In this document: piece after piece, positions 30,948-39,688 of the stretch | Position numbering within the stretch: position 1 is the first letter of the stretch | How the letters are laid out: the number at the start of each line of letters is the position of its first letter | NCBI GenBank assembly: GCA_903873705.1 | Contig: CAIQPK010000081.1 | Span: forward strand, 24,989 to 88,988 | Source: an uncultured Acidobacteriota bacterium | Lineage (GTDB): Bacteria; Acidobacteriota; Terriglobia; Terriglobales; Acidobacteriaceae | DNA length: 64,000 nucleotides | Direction of reading: 5' to 3' | Position numbers and translations under genes: made by a program | Notes under the pieces: generated by a model | What the model was told of the DNA's origin: nothing | Databases searched by the model: none | What the model saw: only the letters and a program-made list of their open reading frames with translations

Positions 30948-32267
30948 ATGGCAACGCACACCGGCATCACCAATCCGAATACGCCGACGCCGGTGGGTGA
31001 GGCGCGTCCTGCGAACAACCGCTCGTTCGACAGCATCCTTTCGAGCGCGCGATCTACGGTGGCCTTCCGCGAGACGCTCAACCTGGCTCTGGACAGCTTC
31101 AGCGCCAGCAAGGCGCGGTTCCTGCTGACGATGCTGGGAATGGTGATCGGGTCGGCCTCGATCATTCTGGTGGCTACGCTCGGATTGACGGGCAGGCAGT
31201 TTGCGCTGAGCCAGATCTCGAGCATCGGGCCGAACATGATCGAGATGCAGTACGTGGGCGGCAATATCTCCGGCCCGGACAACGTGAGCACGCCGGACAA
31301 CATGACGCGCGAGGACATGAACGCCGTGCTGGAGCAGGTGCCGAACATTGTGGCCAGCTCGCCGATGCTGGAGTTTCATGACCGCATCGCGATGGGCGGC
31401 GGCATCAGCAAGGACACGATGCTGCTGGGCGTGAGTCCGCAGTATAAGGATGTGCGCAACCTTAAGGTGCTGGCCGGCCGGTTCTTTGACGACCAGGACT
31501 CGATGACGCATACCAAGGTTGCGGTGATTGTGCAGCCGCTGGCGAAGGCTCTCTTCGGTAGTGAGGCGGCGGCGATCGATCATACGATTTCGGTGCAGGG
31601 CATTCCCTTCGTCATTATCGGGGTGTTCAAGGAGAGCATCCAGACGTTTGGTATGTCCGAAGTTTCGGACCAGACGATCCTGATTCCTTACTCGGTGGGG
31701 CGGTACTTTACGGGATCGGACACGGTGAAGCAGATTTTTTTCACGGTTCCGGATGCCAGCCAGGTGGAGCCGGCGTCGCGGCGGATACTGGAGATCATCA
31801 AGTCGCGGCATCGAGCGACGAGTGTTTATAACGCGTTCACGCTGACCGAGGTGCTGAGCGTAATGGGGCAGATTGCGTCGATGCTGACGATTGTGCTGAC
31901 ACTGGCATCGGCGATTACGCTGATCGTTTCCGGCGTGGGCATCATGAACTCGATGCTGGCGAATGTGCAGTCGCGGATTCGCGAGATTGGCATACGCAAG
32001 GCGCTGGGAGCAACGAGCCGCGAGATACGATTGCAGTTTTTGACTGAGGCGGTGTTCCTTTCGCTGAGTGGTGGGTTAATTGGGACGATGATTGGGATGT
32101 CGATTCCGCTGGGGTTGAACTTCTTTGCGAATGTGGGGATTCCGGTGTCGTGGTGGAGCGCGGTGATCGCGCTGGCGACGTCGGTGATCGTGGGGATCGC
32201 TTTTGGGACGTTGCCGGCCCAGCGGGCGGCGAAGCTTGATCCGGTGACGACGCTGAAGTACGAGTAG
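30948..32267 (+). CDS. MacB/FtsX-family ABC permease
   Basis: LTMLGMVIG, GIMNSML..R.REIGIRKALGA, PAQRAAKLDPV. Confidence 0.93.
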   Translation: MATHTGITNPNTPTPVGEARPANNRSFDSILSSARSTVAFRETLNLALDSFSASKARFLLTMLGMVIGSASIILVATLGLTGRQFALSQISSIGPNMIEMQYVGGNISGPDNVSTPDNMTREDMNAVLEQVPNIVASSPMLEFHDRIAMGGGISKDTMLLGVSPQYKDVRNLKVLAGRFFDDQDSMTHTKVAVIVQPLAKALFGSEAAAIDHTISVQGIPFVIIGVFKESIQTFGMSEVSDQTILIPYSVGRYFTGSDTVKQIFFTVPDASQVEPASRRILEIIKSRHRATSVYNAFTLTEVLSVMGQIASMLTIVLTLASAITLIVSGVGIMNSMLANVQSRIREIGIRKALGATSREIRLQFLTEAVFLSLSGGLIGTMIGMSIPLGLNFFANVGIPVSWWSAVIALATSVIVGIAFGTLPAQRAAKLDPVTTLKYE

Positions 32268-32429
32268 GTAGGTATGTCCCCTCCCCCTTGCTTTCCTTTT
32301 TGACGGCTTGTTTTGTTGGGTTTACTGCGTGGTGGTGCTGCCAAATCTCTGATTGCAGAGATGTTGGGTTGAAGATATTTGGTTTGTTGGGGTTTGGGTT
32401 TGGGGCTGCTTTTGCCTTTTTGACCTACT

Positions 32430-32545
32430 TCTATTCTAGTTGGTGGGTGGGTATAAGTACGCCAAAGGTTTTTGGGAGATTTGGAGTTTGTTTTGTTGGG
32501 GTTGCGGGGGTTTGGGAGGGGGTGGGGGCTTGACAAGATCTTTGG
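32430..32545. repeat. conserved non-coding element, copy 1 (copy 2 at 51355-51470)
   Basis: TCTATT-TAG...TAAGTACGCCA...GGGG-TTGACA-GAT shared, with near-identical spacing. Confidence 0.65.
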
Positions 32546-32556
32546 CGGGTTGCAGG

Positions 32557-32633
32557 AGGGCATACCCCAGGGGCTAAAGCCCCGTCTTGTGGCGGCCTGT
32601 GAAACCCGAGGCTGAAGCCTCGGGGTACCTTCA
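32557..32633 (+). repeat. REP-like double-hairpin element, copy 1 (copy 2 at 60932-61007)
   Basis: AGGGCATACCCCAGGGGCTAAAGCCC...CCCGAGGCTGAAGCCTCGGGGTACCTTCA. Confidence 0.85.
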
Positions 32634-32941
<308 letters not shown>

Positions 32942-32945
<4 letters not shown>

Positions 32946-32980
32946 GCAAAGCCCGCAGCCGGTGGTCTGGGTGCGGGCTT
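32942..32980 (-). terminator. intrinsic terminator after rplI
   Basis: AAGCCCGCA...TGCGGGCTT stem followed by TGCTTTT on the minus strand. Confidence 0.6.
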
Positions 32981-33009
32981 GGGTTGGAAAGGACTTTGCT
33001 TGGTTTTCT

Positions 33010-33555
33010 TTATTTCTTTTTGCGGCGGGGACGATCTTCTTCGTCTTCCTTGAAGTCGTTCTCGGGGATGTCGGTCTCGTCGATGATGTTCGCTGCTTCG
33101 ATCACGGCGACGGCATCGCTCTTGATGTTGACCTGAACGTGAGCTGTGACGTCGCGGTGGACTTTTACCGGGACGTGGAACTCGCCGATGGTCTTGAGCG
33201 GCTCGTCGATGTGGATGCGGCGCTTGTCGATGTCGAAGCCCTGTGCGGCGAGAGCGGCTGCGATGTCGCCGGTGGTGACTGAACCGAAAAGGTGGTCGTT
33301 GTCGCCGGTCTTGCGCTCGAACTCGAGGACGACGGCGTTGAGCTGTTCGCCGAGTGCGGCGGCGGAGTCTTTTTCGCCGGCGGACTTGCGCAGGGCAGAG
33401 GTCTTCATCTGCTCGATGACAGCCTTGTTGGCGGCGGTGGCCTGGATGGCCAGCTTGCCGGGGAGGAGGTAGTTGCGGCCGTAGCCGTCGGCGACCTTGA
33501 CGACGTCGCCGCGGTGGCCGAGCTTGTTTACATCTTCTTTGAGGATGACTTCCAT
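33010..33555 (-). CDS. rplI: 50S ribosomal protein L9
   Basis: MEVILKEDVNKLG..GDVVKVADGYGRNYLLP, LFGSVT. Confidence 0.97.
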   Translation of the reverse strand: MEVILKEDVNKLGHRGDVVKVADGYGRNYLLPGKLAIQATAANKAVIEQMKTSALRKSAGEKDSAAALGEQLNAVVLEFERKTGDNDHLFGSVTTGDIAAALAAQGFDIDKRRIHIDEPLKTIGEFHVPVKVHRDVTAHVQVNIKSDAVAVIEAANIIDETDIPENDFKEDEEDRPRRKKK

Positions 33556-33615
33556 GAAACTTCTCCGAAGTTCAAATGCGTGTTCGGGCGGCGCTTCTCG
33601 CGACGCGATCAATAG

Positions 33616-33996
33616 TTAGAAGCGGGCGGCGAAGGGCAGCAGGGCGATAGCGCGGGCCTGCTTGATGGCGCGCGTGAGCTTGCGCTGGAACGGCGCGCTG
33701 GTGCCGGTGAGACGGCGCGGGATGATCTTGCCGCGGTCCGAGATGAACTGCTGCAGGAGGCGCACGTCGCGGTAGCTGATGTGGTCAATCTTCTCGACGG
33801 TGAACTTGCAGACCTTCTTACGGCGGAAGAACTTGCGTCCTCCAGGACCGCCGCCAGGGCCGCCGGGGCGGGGAGGACGGGGGCCGTCGGGACGGGGGCG
33901 GAAGCCGCCTGCGGGGCGTTCGCCTGCGGGACGCTCGAAGGGTGTGGATGCAGCGGCGGGCGCTGCGGCGGGGGTGCTGGTGGTTTCGTCAGCCAT
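33616..33996 (-). CDS. rpsR: 30S ribosomal protein S18
   Basis: [11 protein letters not shown]...[19 protein letters not shown]. Confidence 0.97.
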   Translation of the reverse strand: MADETTSTPAAAPAAASTPFERPAGERPAGGFRPRPDGPRPPRPGGPGGGPGGRKFFRRKKVCKFTVEKIDHISYRDVRLLQQFISDRGKIIPRRLTGTSAPFQRKLTRAIKQARAIALLPFAARF

Positions 33997-34171
33997 GTTC
34001 GATTCCTCTTAGGTGCTGCGTCGTTTTAGGACGCTTGCGGTTCGGCTGCTTTAGGCTCCAGACTCGCTGGGGAGTCTCTGGACTGGCTTCGGTGGATTGA
34101 AGCCGCAGGAGCGTGGGCGGCGTTGAGTTTAGTAGAGCGGCTCGGTTCTCGTTGAAGAGAGCTGAGCGAAC

Positions 34172-34648
34172 TTAGGCCTGGACGGTCTCGGGCTCTGCGG
34201 CGGCTACGGGCTCTGCAGCAGCAGCAGGAGCTTCCGTGATGGCCGGGGCAGCGGCGGGAGCGGGCGTTGCGGCGGCGGCTTCAGCGGAGACCTGAGGCAG
34301 AGCGCTGCGCTTGACGTGGGAGTCGCGGTGCTTCTTGATCTTGGCGAGACGCTTCTCTTCTTCGTCGGTGCGCACGGTGATGTACTTGATGACCGGCTCG
34401 GAAACGCGGAGGCGGCGCTCGATTTCAGCGATGAGCTGTGCGGGCGAGGAGACAATCATCAGGATGTAGAAGCCGTCGTTGAACTTCTGGACGGTGTAGG
34501 CGAGACGGCGACGGCCCATCTTCTCGGTCGACTTGATTTCGCCGCCACCGGAGGTGACGTAGCCGGAGAAGGTCTCGATGAGCTTATCGAGGTCAGCTTC
34601 TTCGGTGTCCGGGCGGACGATGAACATGATTTCGTAAGAGCGATTCAT
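34172..34648 (-). CDS. rpsF: 30S ribosomal protein S6
   Basis: YEIMFIVRPD, GRRRLAY, GFY. Confidence 0.97.
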   Translation of the reverse strand: MNRSYEIMFIVRPDTEEADLDKLIETFSGYVTSGGGEIKSTEKMGRRRLAYTVQKFNDGFYILMIVSSPAQLIAEIERRLRVSEPVIKYITVRTDEEEKRLAKIKKHRDSHVKRSALPQVSAEAAAATPAPAAAPAITEAPAAAAEPVAAAEPETVQA

Positions 34649-34721
34649 AGTGCTTCTTTCTGCGGGGTTCTGCCCCGCACCGTCGGGTTAGCGACGGTGT
34701 GGAAGATTGGTGGAGCTTTGG

Positions 34722-34814
34722 GTTGTTAGTTGTTGGTTCTTAGTTGTTAGTAAGAGAGCAGACTAACAACCCAAGAATTTGGAACTAACAACTAACAACT
34801 CAGAATTAACAACT
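34722..34814. repeat. inverted heptamer arms (GTTGTTA)n ... (ACTAACA)n between pth and rpsF
   Basis: Direct inspection. Confidence 0.85.
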
Positions 34815-35412
34815 ATTTACTTTCCGGTTCAACTTTTTTGTTGAACTGATTCATGGCTATGCTCACGCCTTTTGTGAGCACTGCCTCGACTGCGCGTACA
34901 GCCTGGTCGAGGACTTCATCCAGCGTTGCGAGCTCTGCTTTGCGCATGGGCGCTAACAGGTAGTCGGTTCCGCCGGCCTTGATTTCGCGTCCGGATTCGA
35001 GTGGGGGTTTGCCCACGCCGATGCGGATGCGGATCCATTCTTCTGTTCCGAGCACGCCGGAGATTGACTTGACTCCGTTGTGCCCTCCGGCTGAGCCGCG
35101 CTCGCGGATGCGAAGCGTGCCGAGCGGGATGGCGAGCTCGTCATAGAGGACGATTAGGTCTTCTACCTTGAGCTCACATTCTTCGAGCAGAGCGGCGACA
35201 GCGATGCCGCTCAGGTTCATGAAGGTCTCGGGCTTGGCCAGCAGGACGTCGTGTCCGGCGAGCTTCGTACGAGCGGTTAAGGCCCGGCAACGGCGGTTCG
35301 CGATCTGGACATCGCAGATTTCGGCGATGCGGTCGATGGCGAGGAACCCGGCGTTGTGCGGTGTTAGCGCGTATTCGGGGCCGGGGTTGCCGAGGCCGAC
35401 AATCAACTTCAT
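34813..35412 (-). CDS. pth: peptidyl-tRNA hydrolase
   Basis: LIVGLGNPG, HNAGF, KPETFMNLSG, GSAGGHNG. Confidence 0.97.
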   Translation of the reverse strand: MKLIVGLGNPGPEYALTPHNAGFLAIDRIAEICDVQIANRRCRALTARTKLAGHDVLLAKPETFMNLSGIAVAALLEECELKVEDLIVLYDELAIPLGTLRIRERGSAGGHNGVKSISGVLGTEEWIRIRIGVGKPPLESGREIKAGGTDYLLAPMRKAELATLDEVLDQAVRAVEAVLTKGVSIAMNQFNKKVEPESK

Positions 35413-35434
35413 TGCGGGTCACCGGCTGGGTGCG

Positions 35435-35509
35435 AGTGAATAGTGAAGAGTGAATAGTGAATAAAACTTTTTGCCGCCTTATTCACTTTTCACTCCTTCA
35501 CTATTCACT
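35435..35509. repeat. inverted heptamer arms (AGTGAAT)n ... (ATTCACT)n between rplY and pth
   Basis: Direct inspection. Confidence 0.85.
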
Positions 35510-35515
35510 GCTTTC

Positions 35516-36193
35516 CTACTTCTTCTTTGCCGGAGCGGCAGCGGCAGGAGCAGCGGCAGCGGCGTCGGTCTTGCCCTTCTTGGCTACTTCGGGTTCAGCA
35601 GGAGCGGCAGCGGCTTCTGCTTCTTCCTTCGCAACGGTGATGTGGGCTACCAGGGCGTGTTCGTCGCCGAGGAACTTGATCTTGTCCGAGTGCGGGAGGT
35701 CCGAGATGTGGATGGCGCCGTTGACTTCAAGGCCGGAGATGTCGATGTCGATGTGGCCCGGGATGTCGTTGGGGAGGCACTCGATTTCGACCTCGTGCAG
35801 GACCTGGCCGAGGATGCCGCCACGGGTCTTGACGCCGATGGAGGAGCCGGTGAGGTGCACGGGGACCGAGACGCGCATGGTCTTGTCCATCGCGATGCGC
35901 TTGATGTCGACGTGGAGCAGGTGGCCCTTGATGGGCTCGTTCTGCCAGTCGACGATCATGCCCTTGCCGGAGTCTCCGCCGGTGATGGTGAGGTCGAAGA
36001 GGGTGTTGTGGCCGGAGTCGGAGTAGAGGACCTTGGTGATGACCTTGGGGTCGACGGTGACGGCGACCGAGGGCTGGCCGGCGCCGTAGACGACGGCGGG
36101 GATAAGGCCCTGCATGCGGACGCGGCGAGCGAAGCCCTTGTTGAAGGTTCCGGTGCGGGGGGTTGCGGTGATGCTTTGAACTGGGTTTGCCAT
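35516..36193 (-). CDS. rplY: 50S ribosomal protein L25/CTC
   Basis: RMQGLIPAVVYG, HVD, VPVHLTG, GGIL, IP.HIDIDIS.L. Confidence 0.96.
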   Translation of the reverse strand: MANPVQSITATPRTGTFNKGFARRVRMQGLIPAVVYGAGQPSVAVTVDPKVITKVLYSDSGHNTLFDLTITGGDSGKGMIVDWQNEPIKGHLLHVDIKRIAMDKTMRVSVPVHLTGSSIGVKTRGGILGQVLHEVEIECLPNDIPGHIDIDISGLEVNGAIHISDLPHSDKIKFLGDEHALVAHITVAKEEAEAAAAPAEPEVAKKGKTDAAAAAPAAAAPAKKK

Positions 36194-36215
36194 GTTTTCC
36201 TTTCGGGCGCGGATG

Positions 36216-36338
36216 AGGGTTCAGGGCCCTGGGCGCAGGGCCCAGAAGACACCGAAACTGCATCGACTCCCTTTGCGGTTTTGCCGCTGTATGGCCCGAT
36301 GTTCCGGGCGAGTTTTCTGGACCCTGGGGCCTGAGCCC
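36216..36338. repeat. degenerate inverted heptamer arms (AGGGCCC-like) around a ~70 bp structured core between prs and rplY
   Basis: Left AGGGTTC-AGGGCCC-TGGGCGC-AGGGCCC-AGAA; right TTCTGGACC-CTGGGGC-CTGAGCCC. Confidence 0.55.
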
Positions 36339-36349
36339 CCGAATCTTGC

Positions 36350-37474
36350 TTAGTTGAAGAGCGTCGAAACTGACGTCTCCATGTGGATGCTTTCGATGGC
36401 GCGGCCGATGAGGCCGGCGATGGAGAGCACCTTGATCTTTTCTACCTGCTTGGCTTCTTCGTTGAGCGGGATGGTGTTGGAAACGATGAACTGCTCGATG
36501 CGAGAATCGCGGATGCGCTGGATGGCGGGGCCGGAGAGCACGGCGTGCGAAGCGCAGGCATAAACCTTGAGGGCGCCCTGGTCGAGTAGCGCGTCGGCGG
36601 TCTTGACGATGGTTCCGGCGGTGTCGACGATGTCGTCGAGGATGAGGCAGGTGCGACCGCGGACGTCGCCGATGACGTTCATGACTTCGGTGACGTTCAT
36701 GTCGGTGCGGCGCTTGTCGACGATGGCGAGTGGGACTTCCATCTTCTTGGCGAAGAAGCGGGCGCGCTCTACGCCGCCTGCGTCCGGTGAAACGACGGTG
36801 AGGTTGGGCAGGTTGAGGTCGCGGAAGTAGCCGACGAGGACCGGGCTGGCGAAAAGATGGTCGACCGGGATGTTGAAGAAGCCCTGGATTTGGGCGGCGT
36901 GCAGGTCGATCAGGAGGGCTCGGTTGGCGCCGGCGGTGGTGAGCAAGTCGGCCACGAGCTTGGAGGTGATGGCGACGCGGGGGCGGTCCTTGCGGTCCTG
37001 CCGGGCGTAGCCGTAGTACGGGCTGACCACCGTGATTCGGCCGGCGGAGGCGCGCTTGAGCGCGTCCATCATGATGAGCAGTTCCATCACGTTGGCGTCG
37101 ACCGGGTGGCATGTGGGCTGGATGAGAAAGACATCCACACCACGCACATTTTCAAGGAGCTGGAAGTGTAGCTCGCCATCGCTGAAGCGTTGCAGCTTCA
37201 TTTCGCCGACGGGCACACCTAGAAACTTGCAGACCTCCTCGGTGAGCGGCCGGTTCGCCGATCCCGAGAAGATCTTGAAGCGCTTGTCTTCGCTGAGGCG
37301 CGAGGAGCGTTTTTTCTCGCTCGCTGCCTTGGCGCCCGGAGCAGAGGCGGCCGGCGTTGGCACACTGTCGGCGGCTTGCTTCGGTTGGCCCTGGCCACTG
37401 CCCTCTGAGGGCTGCGTGGTTTCGGGCGCTTGAGAATTCGGGGAAAGAACCGCAGTCGTGTCTTTTTGATTCAC
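36350..37474 (-). CDS. prs: ribose-phosphate pyrophosphokinase
   Basis: FSDGE, PYYGYARQDRK, DLHAAQIQGFF, VSPDAGG, DDIVDTAGT; GTG start after a GGAGGAG RBS. Confidence 0.97.
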   Translation of the reverse strand: MNQKDTTAVLSPNSQAPETTQPSEGSGQGQPKQAADSVPTPAASAPGAKAASEKKRSSRLSEDKRFKIFSGSANRPLTEEVCKFLGVPVGEMKLQRFSDGELHFQLLENVRGVDVFLIQPTCHPVDANVMELLIMMDALKRASAGRITVVSPYYGYARQDRKDRPRVAITSKLVADLLTTAGANRALLIDLHAAQIQGFFNIPVDHLFASPVLVGYFRDLNLPNLTVVSPDAGGVERARFFAKKMEVPLAIVDKRRTDMNVTEVMNVIGDVRGRTCLILDDIVDTAGTIVKTADALLDQGALKVYACASHAVLSGPAIQRIRDSRIEQFIVSNTIPLNEEAKQVEKIKVLSIAGLIGRAIESIHMETSVSTLFN

Positions 37475-37797
37475 GGGTGAAACTCCTCCAGGCTGGTTGA
37501 CCTATTGAATGTCTCTGCTGCTTTGTCTTACTTCATGCACGACGGGAAGTTTTTTGATCTTCCCGGCTCGCGCCGTATTGCGTAGGACCCGGTTCTTTCT
37601 GAAACAGGCTGGGGAGGTGGTGTTCTACTCCCTCCGGCAGCTTTCACTAACTTCTACTCCTCCCGCATGTGGTGCGACTCTGCGGGCGTTGCAAGATCTT
37701 TGGCGGCACATTGTTGCCGCTAAAAAACGCGAAGTTCCCATATTTTCTTTCGTTCACGGGGCGCTGGATTTTGACCAGGCCTGGCGAGCGGCTAAGG

Positions 37798-37871
37798 TGG
37801 TTGGGCGACTAGGATTCGAACCTAGACAAACTGCGTCAAAGGCAGTTGACCTACCGTTAGTCGATCGCCCA
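37798..37871 (-). tRNA. tRNA-Gln(TTG)
   Basis: TGGGCGA/TCGCCCA acceptor stem, anticodon arm ACTGC-CTTTGAC-GCAGT, GGTTCGAATCC, encoded CCA; classic ispE-tRNA-Gln-prs position. Confidence 0.95.
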
Positions 37872-37905
37872 GTACTTCCGGCGCGCTTCTTACGTTGCCG
37901 GGTAG

Positions 37906-38946
37906 CTACTCTGCGAACATGCCGTTCCAGTACTCCGGCCGAGGCAGGGTTTCCGTAAGGATAGCCTGCGTTCCGGTGGACTGGACGCGGTGTTGAGCAG
38001 CGATCGCGTCGGCTTTGGACTTATACAGACCAAACAACGCAGAACCCGAGCCTGACAGTGCAGCGTATAAGGCTGGACTATCCGAATCACTACCCATCAA
38101 TTGACGCTTAATGTCACGCAGGAAGGGATGCTGTGAAAACGCTACTTCTTCGAAGTCGTTTTCGATCCCGGTGCGGACAAGCGCGAGAAGGGTGTTCTCG
38201 GCGAGATCCCCTGGCAAGCAGGAGATACCGGAGGGGCCGGATTCTTTACCGGGGCCTGTAAAGACGGCGGCAAGAACGTGGCTCAACTGTTTTAGTTTAT
38301 CCACAGGTGGGCCGGAAGTCAATGTTTGAGTGGCGGCTATGCGGGTGTCGAGGTCTCGGAAGGCTTGTGGCGTGGAGACGCCGACCGAGGGGAGAGCGAT
38401 GACGCAGGGAGTGGCGGGGAGGTCGGGCAGCTCGGAGACAATTTCGCCGCGGCCGGTGCCGAGGACGGTGCCGCCGATGAGGAAGAGGGGGACGTCGGAG
38501 CCGATCTGGGCGGCAAAACTTTCGCGATAGTTTGGCGGGAAGTCGAGTCCAGTCTCTTTTTCGAAGGCAATCATGGCAGCGGCAGCGTTGGCTGAGCCGG
38601 CGCCCATGCCGCCTTGCACGGGGAGGCGCTTGTCGATGTCGATGTGCACCTCCGCCGCGTAGCCGAGGATCTCCAGCCAGTCTGAAACGATGCGGTAGGC
38701 GGTGTTCTTTTCGGCGTCGCCGGTGGCGGTTTGGGGGACGCCGGGGAGGAGGACGCCGTCGCGGCGGCAGTCGAGGGTGATGCGGTTGGGTTCGGTCACT
38801 GGAAGGATGCGCGCCGTGACGGTGACGAAGTCGTGGAGTGCGAGCGTCTGGTAGACGGTGGCGAGGGGGTGGAAGCCGTCTGGGCGGGTGGGGCCCACGG
38901 CGAGTCCGAGATTGATTTTGGAGTATGAACGGACGCTGGTCGGCAT
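37906..38946 (-). CDS. ispE: 4-(cytidine 5'-diphospho)-2-C-methyl-D-erythritol kinase
   Basis: SKINLGL, KRLPVQGGMGAGSANAA, GSDVP, LSGSGS. Confidence 0.95.
   Translation of the reverse strand: MPTSVRSYSKINLGLAVGPTRPDGFHPLATVYQTLALHDFVTVTARILPVTEPNRITLDCRRDGVLLPGVPQTATGDAEKNTAYRIVSDWLEILGYAAEVHIDIDKRLPVQGGMGAGSANAAAAMIAFEKETGLDFPPNYRESFAAQIGSDVPLFLIGGTVLGTGRGEIVSELPDLPATPCVIALPSVGVSTPQAFRDLDTRIAATQTLTSGPPVDKLKQLSHVLAAVFTGPGKESGPSGISCLPGDLAENTLLALVRTGIENDFEEVAFSQHPFLRDIKRQLMGSDSDSPALYAALSGSGSALFGLYKSKADAIAAQHRVQSTGTQAILTETLPRPEYWNGMFAE
38294..38322 (-). promoter_or_regulatory. sigma70-like promoter inside ispE with overlapping DnaA box
   Basis: Minus strand TTGACT-N17-TAAACT; TTATCCACA at 38297-38305. 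Confidence 0.6.
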
Positions 38947-38990
38947 ACGGAATTGATTGTAGTGGGGCACGAAGAAACGATATAGACTGA

Positions 38991-39006
38991 ACTAAGTCGA
39001 CTTAGT
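38991..39006. promoter_or_regulatory. perfect 16 bp palindrome, probable TA autoregulatory operator
   Basis: ACTAAGTCGACTTAGT just upstream of the antitoxin start. Confidence 0.7.
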
Positions 39007-39018
39007 CTGAAGGTGAAT

Positions 39019-39255
39019 ATGCTCAAGGTAAATATGCATGAGGCGAAGACCAACCTTTCTAAGCTGGTAGAGAAGGCGGCTAAGGGTGAATCGTTTTTGA
39101 TCGCTCGCCGAGGGAAGCCGCTGGTGAAGGTGGTTCCGCTTCGGGCGGAGGATACTGCGGTGCGGGGGATTGGGTTTATGCAGGGCGAGATGACGGTGCC
39201 GGATGATTTCAAGGCGTTTGGGCGCGATGAGATTGAGGCGATGTTCGGGAAATGA
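39019..39255 (+). CDS. Phd/YefM-family antitoxin
   Basis: VNMHEAKTNLSKLV..GE..IARRGKP. Confidence 0.92.
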   Translation: MLKVNMHEAKTNLSKLVEKAAKGESFLIARRGKPLVKVVPLRAEDTAVRGIGFMQGEMTVPDDFKAFGRDEIEAMFGK

Positions 39256-39638
39256 CTCTTCTGCTGGACTCGCATTTATTGATCTGGATTGGGCAGGCGG
39301 ATGAGCGCCTGACGGACGAAGTCGTGGCGCTGGTGCAGAACGAGGCGAACACGGTGCTGTTCAGTGCGGTGAGTCTTTGGGAGATCACGATCAAGGCCGG
39401 ATTGGGGAAGGCTGAGTTTCGGGTTGATCCGAAGATTTTGCGGCGCAGACTGCTGGCGAATGGTTATGCGGAGCTAGCGTTTACGAGCGAGCATGCGGTG
39501 GCGGTGCAGGAGCTGCCGGCGATCCATAGCGATCCGTTCGACCGGGCGCTGGTGGCGCAGGCGCTGGTGGAAGGGATGACGTTGTTGACGGCGGATGCAG
39601 TGGTGGCGCGGTATCCGGGGTTGGTGAGGAAGGTTTAG
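39252..39638 (+). CDS. vapC: VapC/PIN-domain toxin
   Basis: LLDSH, SLWEI, H.DPFDRAL.AQA, LLTAD; ATGA overlap with the antitoxin. Confidence 0.92.
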   Translation: MTLLLDSHLLIWIGQADERLTDEVVALVQNEANTVLFSAVSLWEITIKAGLGKAEFRVDPKILRRRLLANGYAELAFTSEHAVAVQELPAIHSDPFDRALVAQALVEGMTLLTADAVVARYPGLVRKV

Positions 39639-39653
39639 CGGTGACGCACGAGG

Positions 39654-39685
39654 CCCATGTCCGAGAATCCGGACATGGGGCACCC
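39654..39685 (+). repeat. palindrome+GCACCC REP-like element (also 43446-43476; degenerate at 51516-51558 and 56197-56228)
   Basis: CCCATGTCCG-AGAAT-CCGGACATGGG-GCACCC. Confidence 0.8.
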
Positions 39686-39688
39686 ACA

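Noticed and set aside
37798..37871. tRNA as an island integration site
   Set aside because: No integrase and no duplicated tRNA 3' end seen; flanks are the conserved ispE and prs
38297..38305. Replication origin suggested by a DnaA box
   Set aside because: Single box inside a CDS, with no box cluster, unwinding element or dnaA
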